64,000 nucleotides of DNA from Candidatus Saccharimonadota bacterium (GTDB lineage Bacteria > Patescibacteriota > Saccharimonadia > Saccharimonadales > UBA4665), in the NCBI GenBank assembly GCA_039931245.1, contig JBDTSH010000014.1:258-64257 (forward strand). The letters run 5' to 3'. A program made the position numbers and the translations under genes. The notes beneath the pieces were generated by a model. That model saw only the letters and a list, made by a program, of their open reading frames with translations. It was not told the DNA's origin and did no database searches. Positions 45,187-54,363 of the stretch are shown piece by piece. The first letter of the stretch is position 1, and each line of letters starts with the position of its first letter.

Positions 45187-47739
45187 CTACGCTTTAAAGT
45201 ATGATTTGACGAGAGCGAGGTCACGGGCCCGCCAGGCGGCTTGCCATTGGATAGTCTCGACGCCCTGCTTGAAGGGCCGATCAAAGGCCGGGCTTAAATT
45301 CTGACTGAAGAATTCGATGTAGGTGGGTAAAAACGACGCGTCGCTATAGGCGCGGGCGGCAAAGTTTGGCATCCGGAAGAAACTTAAATCATTGCCCATC
45401 GTCTCGTTCAACCACGCCCAATGAATGGTCATCCAATCCCAAGTCGCGTTACGGGCATGGTGATTAGTAAAGCTGTACGCAATCCAGTAGGCGGCGTCCT
45501 GTAAGCGAACATCCCGGCTGGCGATCTGATCGAGAGCGCGGCTGATGAGTTCCGGTTGGCGGAAGTTGGTCAGGGCGGCCGACAAGGTCACGCGGTCTTC
45601 GCTGCTGGCGCTATTATTATGCATGCCGAGAAGCTTATCGAATTCAGCCAAGCCGCCCAATCGCGACACGGTGCCATAGACGACGCCGCGTAAATCGGGG
45701 TGGACGTCGGCGGGCTTGGTCATGGCGCTGAAACGGCGGGTCGCTTCGGCGACGACGCTCGGTTCTTCGCCGTAGGAGGCGAGGCCTAGAATAGTTGGTC
45801 GGAGTAATTTATCAAAGTGACTATCGTGGGGAGACTCATCCCAACCTAGTCGGGCGAGTTGCTCGGCCACCAGATGGCGCACAAACGGTTTCATAGCAGT
45901 GCGCAGGTCTTCGTCGTTCATAATTGAGCGGATACTGGCCAGCCCGGCGGCAATAACGTCCCAGACGACGACACTGTCTTCGTGGCGAAAGGCTTCGAGC
46001 AATTGCAGGGCGTCGACTGAGTTGCCGTAGCCGGCTTTGGCGGCCTCAAAACTGTCGGCCAGTAAGCCGAGGCGGTCAAGTTCGGACATGCGCCCGGCGG
46101 CGATGGCCGTGGCTAGACTCGCCAAGTGCGCGCTGTCATAGACGGCTCGGTAAAAGCCGGTGCGATCCCGGTTGAGCAGAAAATCAGCTTGTAAGCCGGT
46201 TGTCAGCACCGACTCTTCGGCCGTGTTGAGTGTCTCGGTGACTATCGATTCGCTGGCCAGCAGCGGGACTGGCCAGATGGCCGCTTGTTTAGGGGCGTCG
46301 GGATTGAGATAGAAACGTTCTTGGGTGAGCTCGAGCGAGTCTTGCCCGACGGTGGCGTGGACAATCGGATAGCCGGGTTGCGCGGTCCAGGTGCCCATAA
46401 AGTCGCTGACCGGTTTGTGGGAAGCTTCCTCCCACGCTGTCCAGAGATCGGTTGAATCAGTGTTGCCGTAGGCGTGTTGCTGGAGATAAAGCCGTAAGCC
46501 ATCGCGAAAATCGTCCGGGCCGAGGTAATTATGCAGCATGTGCAGGACGCTGGCCCCTTTTTCATAACTGATGGCGTCGAAGATGGTGCGGATTTCGTCG
46601 GGGTGATTGACGGTGACCTGGATCGGGTGGGTGTTATCGAGGGCATCGAGCTTGAGGGCGATGCTTTGCTCATCGACGATAAATTGGGTCCACACTTTCC
46701 AATCGGGAAAGAGTTCGTCGACGGCCAAATAACTCATCCAGCTGGCAAAACTTTCATTGAGCCATAAATCGGTCCACCAGCGCATCGTGACAAGATTGCC
46801 GAACCACTGGTGAGTTAGCTCGTGGGCGACGACGTTGGCGACGTACTGCTTTAAATGGAGCGACGTGTTCTTGTCGTCGACTAAAAGGGCCTGCTCGCGG
46901 AAAGTAATACAGCCCCAATTTTCCATAGCGCCACTGGCAAAATCCGGCAAGGCGATAAAATCGCACTTCGGCAAAGGGTAGGGGACGCCAAAGTATTCGT
47001 TATAAAATTCGAGACAGCGCACCGCCACGTCGAGCGCAAAGCGGGTGTGGGCCACATTGGCGGCCGTGGCGTATGTCCGCACGACGACTCCGTCCTTGGT
47101 GGTGGCTTCTTGGAAAGCTAACTCACCGTAGGCGAAGGCCAGTAAGTACGTGCTCATGCGGGGAGTCGTCGCAAAGCGGGTGAGGGAGGAGGCGCCGGTC
47201 GTTGACTGGCTTAGTATGGGAGTGTTGGCGACGACGGCCTCGCCTTTGGGCGACGTCAACGTCAGGTCGAATGTCGCTTTGGCCTCGGGTTCGTCGATGC
47301 AGGGAAAGGCTTCGCGGGCGTGATGACTCTCGAATTGGGTGGCGATTAATTGCTTCTCGACGCCATCTTCGGTAAAGAAACAGGGGTAGATTCCGTTCAT
47401 CTGTCGAGTGATTTTTCCGATGAATGTGAGCGTTACGCTGTAGCTACCGGGGTAGAGCTGTTCGGCGGCGTGCAGGCGGACCTCATCGAAACTGTCTTGA
47501 TTATTGAGACGGCTGATAGGGAAGTCTTGGTCGCCTTTTTTGTCGTGACGCGTCACAGTTGCGGCGGTAATCGTCAGGTCTTTTTGATGGAAGGTCAATC
47601 GGCGTGACGGCCGACCGGTTTTTTTGCCGCGAATCACGACACTGCCCTGAAATGTCATGTTCGCCCGGTCGGGCACCAGAGATAAATCGTAGTGCTCAGG
47701 TTGGAATTGGTCGTATAATCGTCGGACTGTTTTGCTCAT
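45187..47739 (-). CDS. pepN: Aminopeptidase N (M1 family)
   Basis: GAMENWG exopeptidase motif and HELTHQWFGNLVTMRWWTDLWLNESFA (HEXXH-X18-E). Confidence 0.9.
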   Translation of the reverse strand: MSKTVRRLYDQFQPEHYDLSLVPDRANMTFQGSVVIRGKKTGRPSRRLTFHQKDLTITAATVTRHDKKGDQDFPISRLNNQDSFDEVRLHAAEQLYPGSYSVTLTFIGKITRQMNGIYPCFFTEDGVEKQLIATQFESHHAREAFPCIDEPEAKATFDLTLTSPKGEAVVANTPILSQSTTGASSLTRFATTPRMSTYLLAFAYGELAFQEATTKDGVVVRTYATAANVAHTRFALDVAVRCLEFYNEYFGVPYPLPKCDFIALPDFASGAMENWGCITFREQALLVDDKNTSLHLKQYVANVVAHELTHQWFGNLVTMRWWTDLWLNESFASWMSYLAVDELFPDWKVWTQFIVDEQSIALKLDALDNTHPIQVTVNHPDEIRTIFDAISYEKGASVLHMLHNYLGPDDFRDGLRLYLQQHAYGNTDSTDLWTAWEEASHKPVSDFMGTWTAQPGYPIVHATVGQDSLELTQERFYLNPDAPKQAAIWPVPLLASESIVTETLNTAEESVLTTGLQADFLLNRDRTGFYRAVYDSAHLASLATAIAAGRMSELDRLGLLADSFEAAKAGYGNSVDALQLLEAFRHEDSVVVWDVIAAGLASIRSIMNDEDLRTAMKPFVRHLVAEQLARLGWDESPHDSHFDKLLRPTILGLASYGEEPSVVAEATRRFSAMTKPADVHPDLRGVVYGTVSRLGGLAEFDKLLGMHNNSASSEDRVTLSAALTNFRQPELISRALDQIASRDVRLQDAAYWIAYSFTNHHARNATWDWMTIHWAWLNETMGNDLSFFRMPNFAARAYSDASFLPTYIEFFSQNLSPAFDRPFKQGVETIQWQAAWRARDLALVKSYFKA

Positions 47740-47762
47740 TATTCCAGTGTAGCACGCGCTAA

Positions 47763-47791
47763 TTGACGGCCCCTAGTTTGCCGAGTATACT
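47763..47791 (+). promoter_or_regulatory. Sigma-70-type promoter TTGACG-17nt-TATACT upstream of nusA
   Basis: TTGACG at 47763-47768 and TATACT at 47786-47791 with a 17-nt spacer. Confidence 0.55.
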
Positions 47792-47804
47792 ACTAAGTAG
47801 AGAT

Positions 47805-47829
47805 CCGGCCACAGTGGTCGGCTTTTTTT
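47805..47829 (+). terminator. Terminator-like hairpin plus T7 in the nusA leader (candidate attenuator)
   Basis: CCGGCC-ACAGT-GGTCGG (6-bp stem with one G-U pair), then C and TTTTTTT. It lies about 10 nt downstream of the predicted TSS and 45 nt upstream of the nusA ATG. Confidence 0.5.
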
Positions 47830-47874
47830 GTATAGAGACCATGAAATTCACAATAAAGTAAGGGAGAAATCACT

Positions 47875-49038
47875 ATGGAATTAGACTTTAAACAACTCAG
47901 TGTGGCGATCCGCACTATCGCTGAAGAAAAGAACTTACCGGAAGCGGCTGTCCAGGAGATTGTTGAACAAGCACTAGCCGCCGCTTATCGCCGTGACTAT
48001 GGCGACCGTGAACAGGAAGTGCGGGTCAGCATGAACCTCAACACCGGTGATGTCGATGCCTACGTCACCAAAGAAGTCGTCGAGCGCGTCGGTGACCCGG
48101 CCTACGAAATTAGCCTGGTCGACGCCAGTGTCATGAAGAAGACCGCCGCTATTGGCGATATGGTCGAGATCCATGAACACGTCGAAAGTTTTGGACGCGT
48201 TGCCGCCCAAACCGCCAAGCAAGTGATCCTGCAGCGCCTCCGCGAAGCTGAGCGCGAAATTGTCATGGACGAGTACGAAGATAAAATCGGGACCGTAATT
48301 AACGCCACCGTCGCCCGCGTCGAAGGCAATATTGTCCGGATTGACCTCGGCAAAGCCCAAGGTATTATGCCTCGGAGCGAACAGATCCAGGGCGAGCGCT
48401 ACTATCCCGGTCAGCGGATCAAGGTGTTTTTGAAGGATGTCGAACGGGGCTTTCGCGGTCCCCAATTGGTTGTCTCGCGGGGAAACCGGGAGTTCATCGA
48501 ATGGCTCTTCCGTGGTGAAGTTCCCGAGATGGAGAGCGGAGCCGTTGAAATAAAGAACGTCGCCCGCGAAGCCGGTGTGCGCAGTAAAATTGCCGTCGCC
48601 AGCAGCGTCCCCGGGGTCGACCCGGTCGGAACCTTTGTGGGCGGCCATGGCACACGGGTCAATGCCGTGATGAGTGAAGTCGGTGAACAAGAAAAGATCG
48701 ACATCATTGTTTGGAGCGGTGACACCGTGGAATACATCACTAACGCCCTCAGTCCGACTCGGGTCACTCGCGTCCTGCTCGACGAAACCAATAAGAAAGC
48801 CAAAGTTCAGGTCCCCGAAGACCAGCTGAGTATTGCCATCGGCAAGAGCGGTCAAAATGTTCGCTTGGCCAGTAAACTCACCGGCTACGAACTGGATATT
48901 GAAGCCGATCGCGCCGAAGTCGCCGGCAGTAGCCACGGCGTCGAAGAAATCACTGAACTGTCCAAGCAGCCCAAGCTGAAGAAGAAGAGCGAACTTGAGA
49001 ACAGCTTGCTCGAAGCGATCGAGGAACACGGCGAGTAA
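47875..49038 (+). CDS. nusA: Transcription termination/antitermination factor NusA
   Basis: N-terminal domain, S1 (G.V..V....V.IDLGK) and two KH domains (GPRG.R, IGK.GQNVRLAS.L.G). AAGGGAG Shine-Dalgarno upstream. Confidence 0.95.
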   Translation: MELDFKQLSVAIRTIAEEKNLPEAAVQEIVEQALAAAYRRDYGDREQEVRVSMNLNTGDVDAYVTKEVVERVGDPAYEISLVDASVMKKTAAIGDMVEIHEHVESFGRVAAQTAKQVILQRLREAEREIVMDEYEDKIGTVINATVARVEGNIVRIDLGKAQGIMPRSEQIQGERYYPGQRIKVFLKDVERGFRGPQLVVSRGNREFIEWLFRGEVPEMESGAVEIKNVAREAGVRSKIAVASSVPGVDPVGTFVGGHGTRVNAVMSEVGEQEKIDIIVWSGDTVEYITNALSPTRVTRVLLDETNKKAKVQVPEDQLSIAIGKSGQNVRLASKLTGYELDIEADRAEVAGSSHGVEEITELSKQPKLKKKSELENSLLEAIEEHGE

Positions 49039-49066
49039 CCGTCTAGGCGAGACCTGTTCGTTGTCG

Positions 49067-49360
49067 GTGGCTGGGCCCAACTTCGACTCGAGTTATACGA
49101 CGGCCTGCGCGCCGACCTGCCAACAACTCTGGGAGCAGGCTGTCGCTCGGGGCGTCTCGCCGGATGGCTATGACGAGTATGAAACGGGCGCCGAGCGGGG
49201 AGAATGCTCGCACTGGCAAGCCGAATTTTCAGCTGACGCCCTCCATGTTGTCGACACCCACCTCCGTCGATATGTCATTGTTGACGCCTGTTCTGACTGT
49301 GGGGCCGACGTCGGGGAACAGAGTTTTCTGTTCCGCTGTCCGTTGCCGTTGTCGGATTAA
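49067..49360 (+). CDS. Possible small acidic Cys-containing protein (about 97 aa); start uncertain
   Basis: The frame continues from ORF 48995..49360 with coding-like GC3. The only candidate starts after the nusA stop are TTG 49061 and GTG 49067, neither with a clear Shine-Dalgarno. It contains CSDC and two further Cys. Not similar to YlxR. Confidence 0.3.
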   Translation: MAGPNFDSSYTTACAPTCQQLWEQAVARGVSPDGYDEYETGAERGECSHWQAEFSADALHVVDTHLRRYVIVDACSDCGADVGEQSFLFRCPLPLSD

Positions 49361-49369
49361 AAAAGTTAA

Positions 49370-49396
49370 TTAGCACTCTTGACCTGAGAGTGCTAA
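49370..49396. promoter_or_regulatory. CIRCE element (HrcA operator), perfect match TTAGCACTC-N9-GAGTGCTAA
   Basis: Sequence reads TTAGCACTC TTGACCTGA GAGTGCTAA, so all 18 consensus positions match. It lies about 100 nt upstream of clpC. Confidence 0.85.
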
Positions 49397-49407
49397 TTTA
49401 TTATTAT
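49379..49407 (+). promoter_or_regulatory. Sigma-70-type promoter TTGACC-17nt-TATTAT embedded in and overlapping CIRCE
   Basis: TTGACC (49379-49384) lies in the CIRCE spacer, and TATTAT (49402-49407) follows after 17 nt. Confidence 0.5.
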
Positions 49408-49499
49408 TAAGGGAGTAATTCATTCGTCAGCAGTTTGATTTATAACCGGATAAGAATAATTACAGCTAATTCGTAAAGAAAGGTGATATAACAAAAGCT

Positions 49500-51977
49500 A
49501 TGATGCCTAACTCACCCGATTTCCAAGAATTTTTAAATCATTTAACCAACAATGCTTTGCAGAGTTTGAAGCACGCCGATGCCATCGCTCGCGGCCTCGG
49601 CAGTGCCTATGTCGGTACCGAACACTTACTGCTCGGTGTCCTGGCCCAAGACAGCAGCATGGGGTCAAAAATCCTGGAAGGCGCCGGCGTGACGCTCGAC
49701 CGGGCGCGCTTGGCCTTTAACCTCACTCCCAAAACGCTCGTTATCAATATGGGAGCCAAGGGACTGAGCGAAACCGCCAAGCTGACGCTCAAGATGGCCT
49801 ATGACGTCGCCCAGGATTACAGCCAAGAGTTCTGCGGCACCGAGCACATTTTATATAGCATCCTAACCCAAAAGAACGCCCGCGCCACCATCCTGCTGCG
49901 CGATATGAACATCGACATCGATAGTCTGACGAGTGAACTCGAGCAATTCTTAAACCGCCAACAATATGAAGAAACGGAAGGCAGCACCGACAACCGACGG
50001 CGCGGCAAGAAAGCCAAGAAGACTGCTCTGGATTTTTATGGTACCGACTTAACGGCCCAAGCCCGTCAAGGCAAGCTTGACCCAGTGGTCGGTCGGGAAA
50101 ACCAAATTCGCCGGGTTATTACGATCCTCAACCGGCGCACCAAAAACAACCCCGTCCTGATCGGTGAACCCGGGGTCGGCAAGACGGCGATTGTTGAGGG
50201 CCTGGCCCAGCGCATTGTCGGCGAAGACGTGCCAGATAGTCTGATCGATAAGCGTATTGTCATGCTCGATCTGGCGGGAATGATTGCCGGTACTAAATAC
50301 CGCGGTGAGTTCGAAGAGCGCCTGAAGAAAGTCATGACCGAGCTCGAGAAGGATACCAAAACCATCGTCTTTATCGACGAGTTGCACCTGATCGTCGGCG
50401 CCGGCGCGGCCGAAGGTGCCATGGACGCCGGTAACATCTTAAAACCCGCCTTGGCGCGCGGCAAGATACAGGTGATTGGGGCCACCACTACTACCGAGTA
50501 CACTAAGCACATCGAAAAAGATGCCGCCCTGGAGCGCCGCTTCCAGCCCATTCAAGTCCCTGAAACTAACTTTGGCGAAACCTTGGCCATCCTCAAGGGG
50601 CTGCGCAAACACTACGAAGCCTTCCACGGCGTCAAGATGAGCGACGAAGTCCTGTTTGACGCCGTCACTCTGGCCGGTCGCTATATCCAGGACCGCTTCA
50701 TGCCCGACAAGGCAATCGATCTCATCGACGAAGCGTCCGCCCACCTACGGGTCGATAAAGGTAAGACGTCGCCCGAAGTCCGTAAGCTGCAAAAAGAGCT
50801 TAAACTCGTTAATACCCGCATCGACGAAGCCGTCGAGGCCGAGGATTACGAGCGCGCCGCCCAGAGTAAAACCCGGGCCAGCCAAATCCACGAAGAACTC
50901 AGCAAGCTGCACGCCACGGTGAAGGCCGCTAAGCGCCTAACCCTGACAAGCGAAGATTTAGCCGACGTGGTGTCGCGTATGACCGGCGTACCCGTTAAGA
51001 AAGTCATTCGCTCCGAAGCTAAATATCTACTGACGCTCGAGAAGACCCTCAGCAAGTACATTATTGGTCAGAGTGAGGCTGTCATAGCCGTCTCCAAAGC
51101 CATCCGGCGCAACCGCTCTGGTATCGCCAGTGAAAAACGCCCGATCGGCTCCTTTATATTCCTAGGTCCGACCGGCGTCGGTAAAACCGAACTGGCCCGG
51201 GTCTTAGCCCGTGAATTTTTTGGCAGTGAAAGCTCCCTAATTAAGATAGATATGAGTGAGTTCGGTGAGGCTCATAACGTGTCGCGTCTGGTCGGCGCCC
51301 CGGCCGGTTACGTCGGCTATGACGAGGGTGGTCAGCTAACCGACAAGATCCGCCGCCAACCCTATAGCTTGGTCTTATTTGATGAAATCGAAAAAGCCCA
51401 CCCCGATGTCTTTAACATGCTTCTGCAGATGCTGGAAGACGGTTATTTGACGGACGCTAAAGGCCGGCGCATCGATTTCACGAATACCATCGTCATCATG
51501 ACGAGTAATATCGGTGCCCAAAAATTGCAAAAAGAAGCCGACTTTGGCTTTCACGCCACGAGCGGTGATGACCTCAAGGATCTTGAAGTTCTGCACGAAG
51601 CCAACAAGAGCCGAGTACTCGATGAGCTCAAGAAGATGATGCGGCCCGAACTCCTCAACCGGATCGACAAAACGATTGTCTTTCACGGCCTGTCCCAGAA
51701 GGATATCTATAAGATCATTGACTTGCAAATTGATGAACTCAAGTCGCGCTTACAACGCAAAGGTTTGAGTGTCCAACTATCGGCTGCCGCCAAGGCGTAC
51801 TTGGTCGAGAAAGGCTACGATGCCCACAACGGCGTGCGCCCGTTGCGGCGCTTGATCCAGGACACCATTGAAGACCACGTGGCGGTCGATTTACTCGATG
51901 AAAAGTTTGCCAAAGGTGATATCATTCAGGTAGCCGCCAAACACGGTGAGCTCGCCTATGTCACTACGAACGAATAA
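49500..51977 (+). CDS. clpC: ATP-dependent Clp protease ATP-binding subunit ClpC (class I Clp/Hsp100)
   Basis: Two Clp_N repeats, two AAA+ modules (GEPGVGKT and GPTGVGKT), and a short UVR-like linker ([18 protein letters not shown]) instead of the long ClpB middle domain. Confidence 0.9.
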   Translation: MMPNSPDFQEFLNHLTNNALQSLKHADAIARGLGSAYVGTEHLLLGVLAQDSSMGSKILEGAGVTLDRARLAFNLTPKTLVINMGAKGLSETAKLTLKMAYDVAQDYSQEFCGTEHILYSILTQKNARATILLRDMNIDIDSLTSELEQFLNRQQYEETEGSTDNRRRGKKAKKTALDFYGTDLTAQARQGKLDPVVGRENQIRRVITILNRRTKNNPVLIGEPGVGKTAIVEGLAQRIVGEDVPDSLIDKRIVMLDLAGMIAGTKYRGEFEERLKKVMTELEKDTKTIVFIDELHLIVGAGAAEGAMDAGNILKPALARGKIQVIGATTTTEYTKHIEKDAALERRFQPIQVPETNFGETLAILKGLRKHYEAFHGVKMSDEVLFDAVTLAGRYIQDRFMPDKAIDLIDEASAHLRVDKGKTSPEVRKLQKELKLVNTRIDEAVEAEDYERAAQSKTRASQIHEELSKLHATVKAAKRLTLTSEDLADVVSRMTGVPVKKVIRSEAKYLLTLEKTLSKYIIGQSEAVIAVSKAIRRNRSGIASEKRPIGSFIFLGPTGVGKTELARVLAREFFGSESSLIKIDMSEFGEAHNVSRLVGAPAGYVGYDEGGQLTDKIRRQPYSLVLFDEIEKAHPDVFNMLLQMLEDGYLTDAKGRRIDFTNTIVIMTSNIGAQKLQKEADFGFHATSGDDLKDLEVLHEANKSRVLDELKKMMRPELLNRIDKTIVFHGLSQKDIYKIIDLQIDELKSRLQRKGLSVQLSAAAKAYLVEKGYDAHNGVRPLRRLIQDTIEDHVAVDLLDEKFAKGDIIQVAAKHGELAYVTTNE

Positions 51978-52968
51978 CCTGCCACTCCCCCCTCGAAATC
52001 GTCGCACCGGGCGCACCAGCTTTCTATTGGCCACGCTAGCGATCGTCTTGGTGGCCGTATTTAACCTCCAAGCTATCACCGATTGGCTCGCCCTCCGCAA
52101 CTACCAGCCGCCGGCCGCGCTGGCCGCCTTGGCGGAACAGACGACCATGACGCCGGAGGCTCGGCGGGTGTTCTATGTCAATCATCCCGAGCTCAACTCC
52201 AAAGCGGCCTTTGGTAACTTTTGCCCCAGCGACCAACGCGAGAAAACTATTATCTTAGGCTGCTATCACGGCAACCAACACGGTATCTTTCTGCTGGATG
52301 TGTCCGACCCGCGCTTGAGCGGTGTCGAAGACGTCACGGCGGCTCACGAGATGCTGCACGCCGAGTACGATCGATTGAGCTCCCGTGAGCGGGGCCGGGT
52401 CGATGCCATGCTGCAGGCCTATTTCGATAATGACCTCCATGACCAGCGTATTATCGACACCATCGCGGCCTATCGGACATCGGAGCCCAAAGACGTCGTC
52501 AACGAGATGCATTCGGTCTTCGGCAGCGAGGTCGCGACATTGCCGAGCGACCTGGCCCAGTATTACCAACGCTATTTTACGAACCGGGCCGCCGTCGTAG
52601 CCTACGCCGCCACTTACCAGGACGAATTCACTTCTCGTCAAACGGCCGTCGCCCAAGATGACAGACAATTAACGGCCCTCAAAATTCAAATTACCAATGG
52701 CCAAGATGGCCTGAAGGCCCGCCAAGCGACCATCACCAGCACGCAGAAAACTCTCTTAGCCGCCCGCGACCGGGGCGACAGCACGCTGTATAACGCCGGC
52801 GTGCCCGGCTATAATGCCATGATCAATGACTATAACAGCCAGGTCGAGGCGGTGCGGACGGCGATTGAAAGCTATAACGCTCTGGTGACCAGCCGAAACG
52901 CTATTGCCCTGGAAGAAGCAGCCTTAGCCAGTGAACTCAGCTCATCGGTGACCCCCATCAGTCACTAA
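51946..52968 (+). CDS. Membrane-anchored protein with an HEXXH motif and a C-terminal coiled-coil region (putative metallopeptidase-like)
   Basis: N-terminal basic tail plus TM helix (FLLATLAIVLVAVF), AAHEMLHAEY, and a Gln/Ala-rich helical C-terminus. Overlaps the clpC end by 32 nt (or by 20 nt if the start is ATG 51958). Confidence 0.55.
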   Translation: MSSPMSLRTNNLPLPPRNRRTGRTSFLLATLAIVLVAVFNLQAITDWLALRNYQPPAALAALAEQTTMTPEARRVFYVNHPELNSKAAFGNFCPSDQREKTIILGCYHGNQHGIFLLDVSDPRLSGVEDVTAAHEMLHAEYDRLSSRERGRVDAMLQAYFDNDLHDQRIIDTIAAYRTSEPKDVVNEMHSVFGSEVATLPSDLAQYYQRYFTNRAAVVAYAATYQDEFTSRQTAVAQDDRQLTALKIQITNGQDGLKARQATITSTQKTLLAARDRGDSTLYNAGVPGYNAMINDYNSQVEAVRTAIESYNALVTSRNAIALEEAALASELSSSVTPISH

Positions 52969-53010
52969 TTTCCCTAACGGTGTTAGACTAAAGCGAGAGA
53001 AGGAGACAAA

Positions 53011-54363
53011 GTGGCTAAAAAAGCGATCGCCAACTACGTGTGCAATAGCTGTGGTGCCCAAGCGGCGTCGTGGAGCGGTCGTTGTGCTGTCTGCGGCGAA
53101 TGGAACACCTTGCAAGAGCAGTTGTCGCCGGCCGGGTTGGCCAGCAGTGTGGCGGGAGGCCGGGTGTTGAAGTCTCAATCGGTGGCCACTTCAGTTGAAT
53201 ACGACCAGCCACGTTTGTTATGCGGTCTGTCCGACGTCGACGCCGTTCTCGGCGGCGGCTTCGTCGCCGGCAGTGTCAACTTGATTGCCGGACAACCGGG
53301 TATCGGTAAGAGCACTCTCTTGTTACAAGTCGCCTACGCCATCGCCGGTAGGGTGCCCGTCCTCTATGTTAGTGGGGAGGAGTCAGCCTACCAGATTGGC
53401 TTACGGGCCGAACGCTTAGGCACTCTGCGTCCCGAGCTGCGCCTGGCCACGACCAGTTCGGCCGATGATATTGCCGCGACGATTGCCAGCGGCAAGTACA
53501 AACTGGTCGTCGTTGATTCCATTCAGACAATTACGAGTGCGGCGATTACTTCGGCGGCCGGCACCGTTTCGCAGATTACCAATAGCACTCAACTTATTAC
53601 CCTCGCCGCCAAGCAGACTAACACCGCGGTGATTTTAGTCGGTCATGTCACGAAAGAAGGCGCCATTGCCGGTCCGAAAGTCCTGGAACACGTCGTCGAT
53701 GTGGTGCTCCAGCTCGAAGGTGATCGTTATGGCGGTTTTAAGGTCCTGCGCGCCGTCAAAAACCGCTTTGGCTCGACCAACGAAGCCGGCATCTTTGAAA
53801 TGGTCGAGCAGGGCCTTATGCCGGTCGCTAACCCCTCCGCCGCCTTGTTAGCCGAACGCCAAGTCAGCGACGGCTCGGTCGTGCTGGCCACGCTCGAAGG
53901 CACCCGCCCCTTGCTCGTCGAAGTCCAAGCGCTAGTCAATCGCACTAGCTACGGCTATCCGAAACGAGCCGCCAGTGGCTTTGATCTCAATCGCCTCAAC
54001 TTACTCGTGGCGATGTTAGAGCGTCGCACCAAACTAAACTTAGGCGACCAGGATATTTACATCAACATCGTCGGCGGCATGCAGATCCGCGAGCCGGCCG
54101 CCGACTTGGCGATTTGTCTGGCGATCGGGTCGGCTGCCAAAGGTCTGCAACTCAAACAAAACGCCGTCGTCTTCGGTGAAGTGGGCTTGAGCGGGGAAGT
54201 CCGTCACGTCCCGCACGCCGACCGGCGCTTAGCCGAAGCTAAAAAACTCGGTTTTGACGGGGCGATCGGCCCGGTCCAAAAAATGGGTAAAAAACTACCG
54301 TTACTGCATGGTGTCCCCGATGTCCGAACCGCTCTCAATCAATTTCTTGAAAAAGACTCCTAG
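53011..54363 (+). CDS. radA: DNA repair protein RadA/Sms
   Basis: Zinc ribbon CNSCGAQAASWSGRCAVCGEW, Walker A GQPGIGKST, KNRFG motif, Lon-like C-terminal domain. GTG start with a GAAGGAG Shine-Dalgarno. Confidence 0.95.
   Translation: MAKKAIANYVCNSCGAQAASWSGRCAVCGEWNTLQEQLSPAGLASSVAGGRVLKSQSVATSVEYDQPRLLCGLSDVDAVLGGGFVAGSVNLIAGQPGIGKSTLLLQVAYAIAGRVPVLYVSGEESAYQIGLRAERLGTLRPELRLATTSSADDIAATIASGKYKLVVVDSIQTITSAAITSAAGTVSQITNSTQLITLAAKQTNTAVILVGHVTKEGAIAGPKVLEHVVDVVLQLEGDRYGGFKVLRAVKNRFGSTNEAGIFEMVEQGLMPVANPSAALLAERQVSDGSVVLATLEGTRPLLVEVQALVNRTSYGYPKRAASGFDLNRLNLLVAMLERRTKLNLGDQDIYINIVGGMQIREPAADLAICLAIGSAAKGLQLKQNAVVFGEVGLSGEVRHVPHADRRLAEAKKLGFDGAIGPVQKMGKKLPLLHGVPDVRTALNQFLEKDS

Noticed and set aside
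47974-49080. 368-aa ORF antisense to nusA. Similar long antisense ORFs are 61599..62366 opposite recG, 21990..22676 opposite fba, 5266..5976 opposite pheS, 17405..17974 opposite gap and 1254..1856 opposite rmuC.
   Set aside because: Each lies fully inside a confidently identified gene on the other strand. They have no recognisable motifs and are the usual shadow ORFs produced by GC-rich third codon positions.
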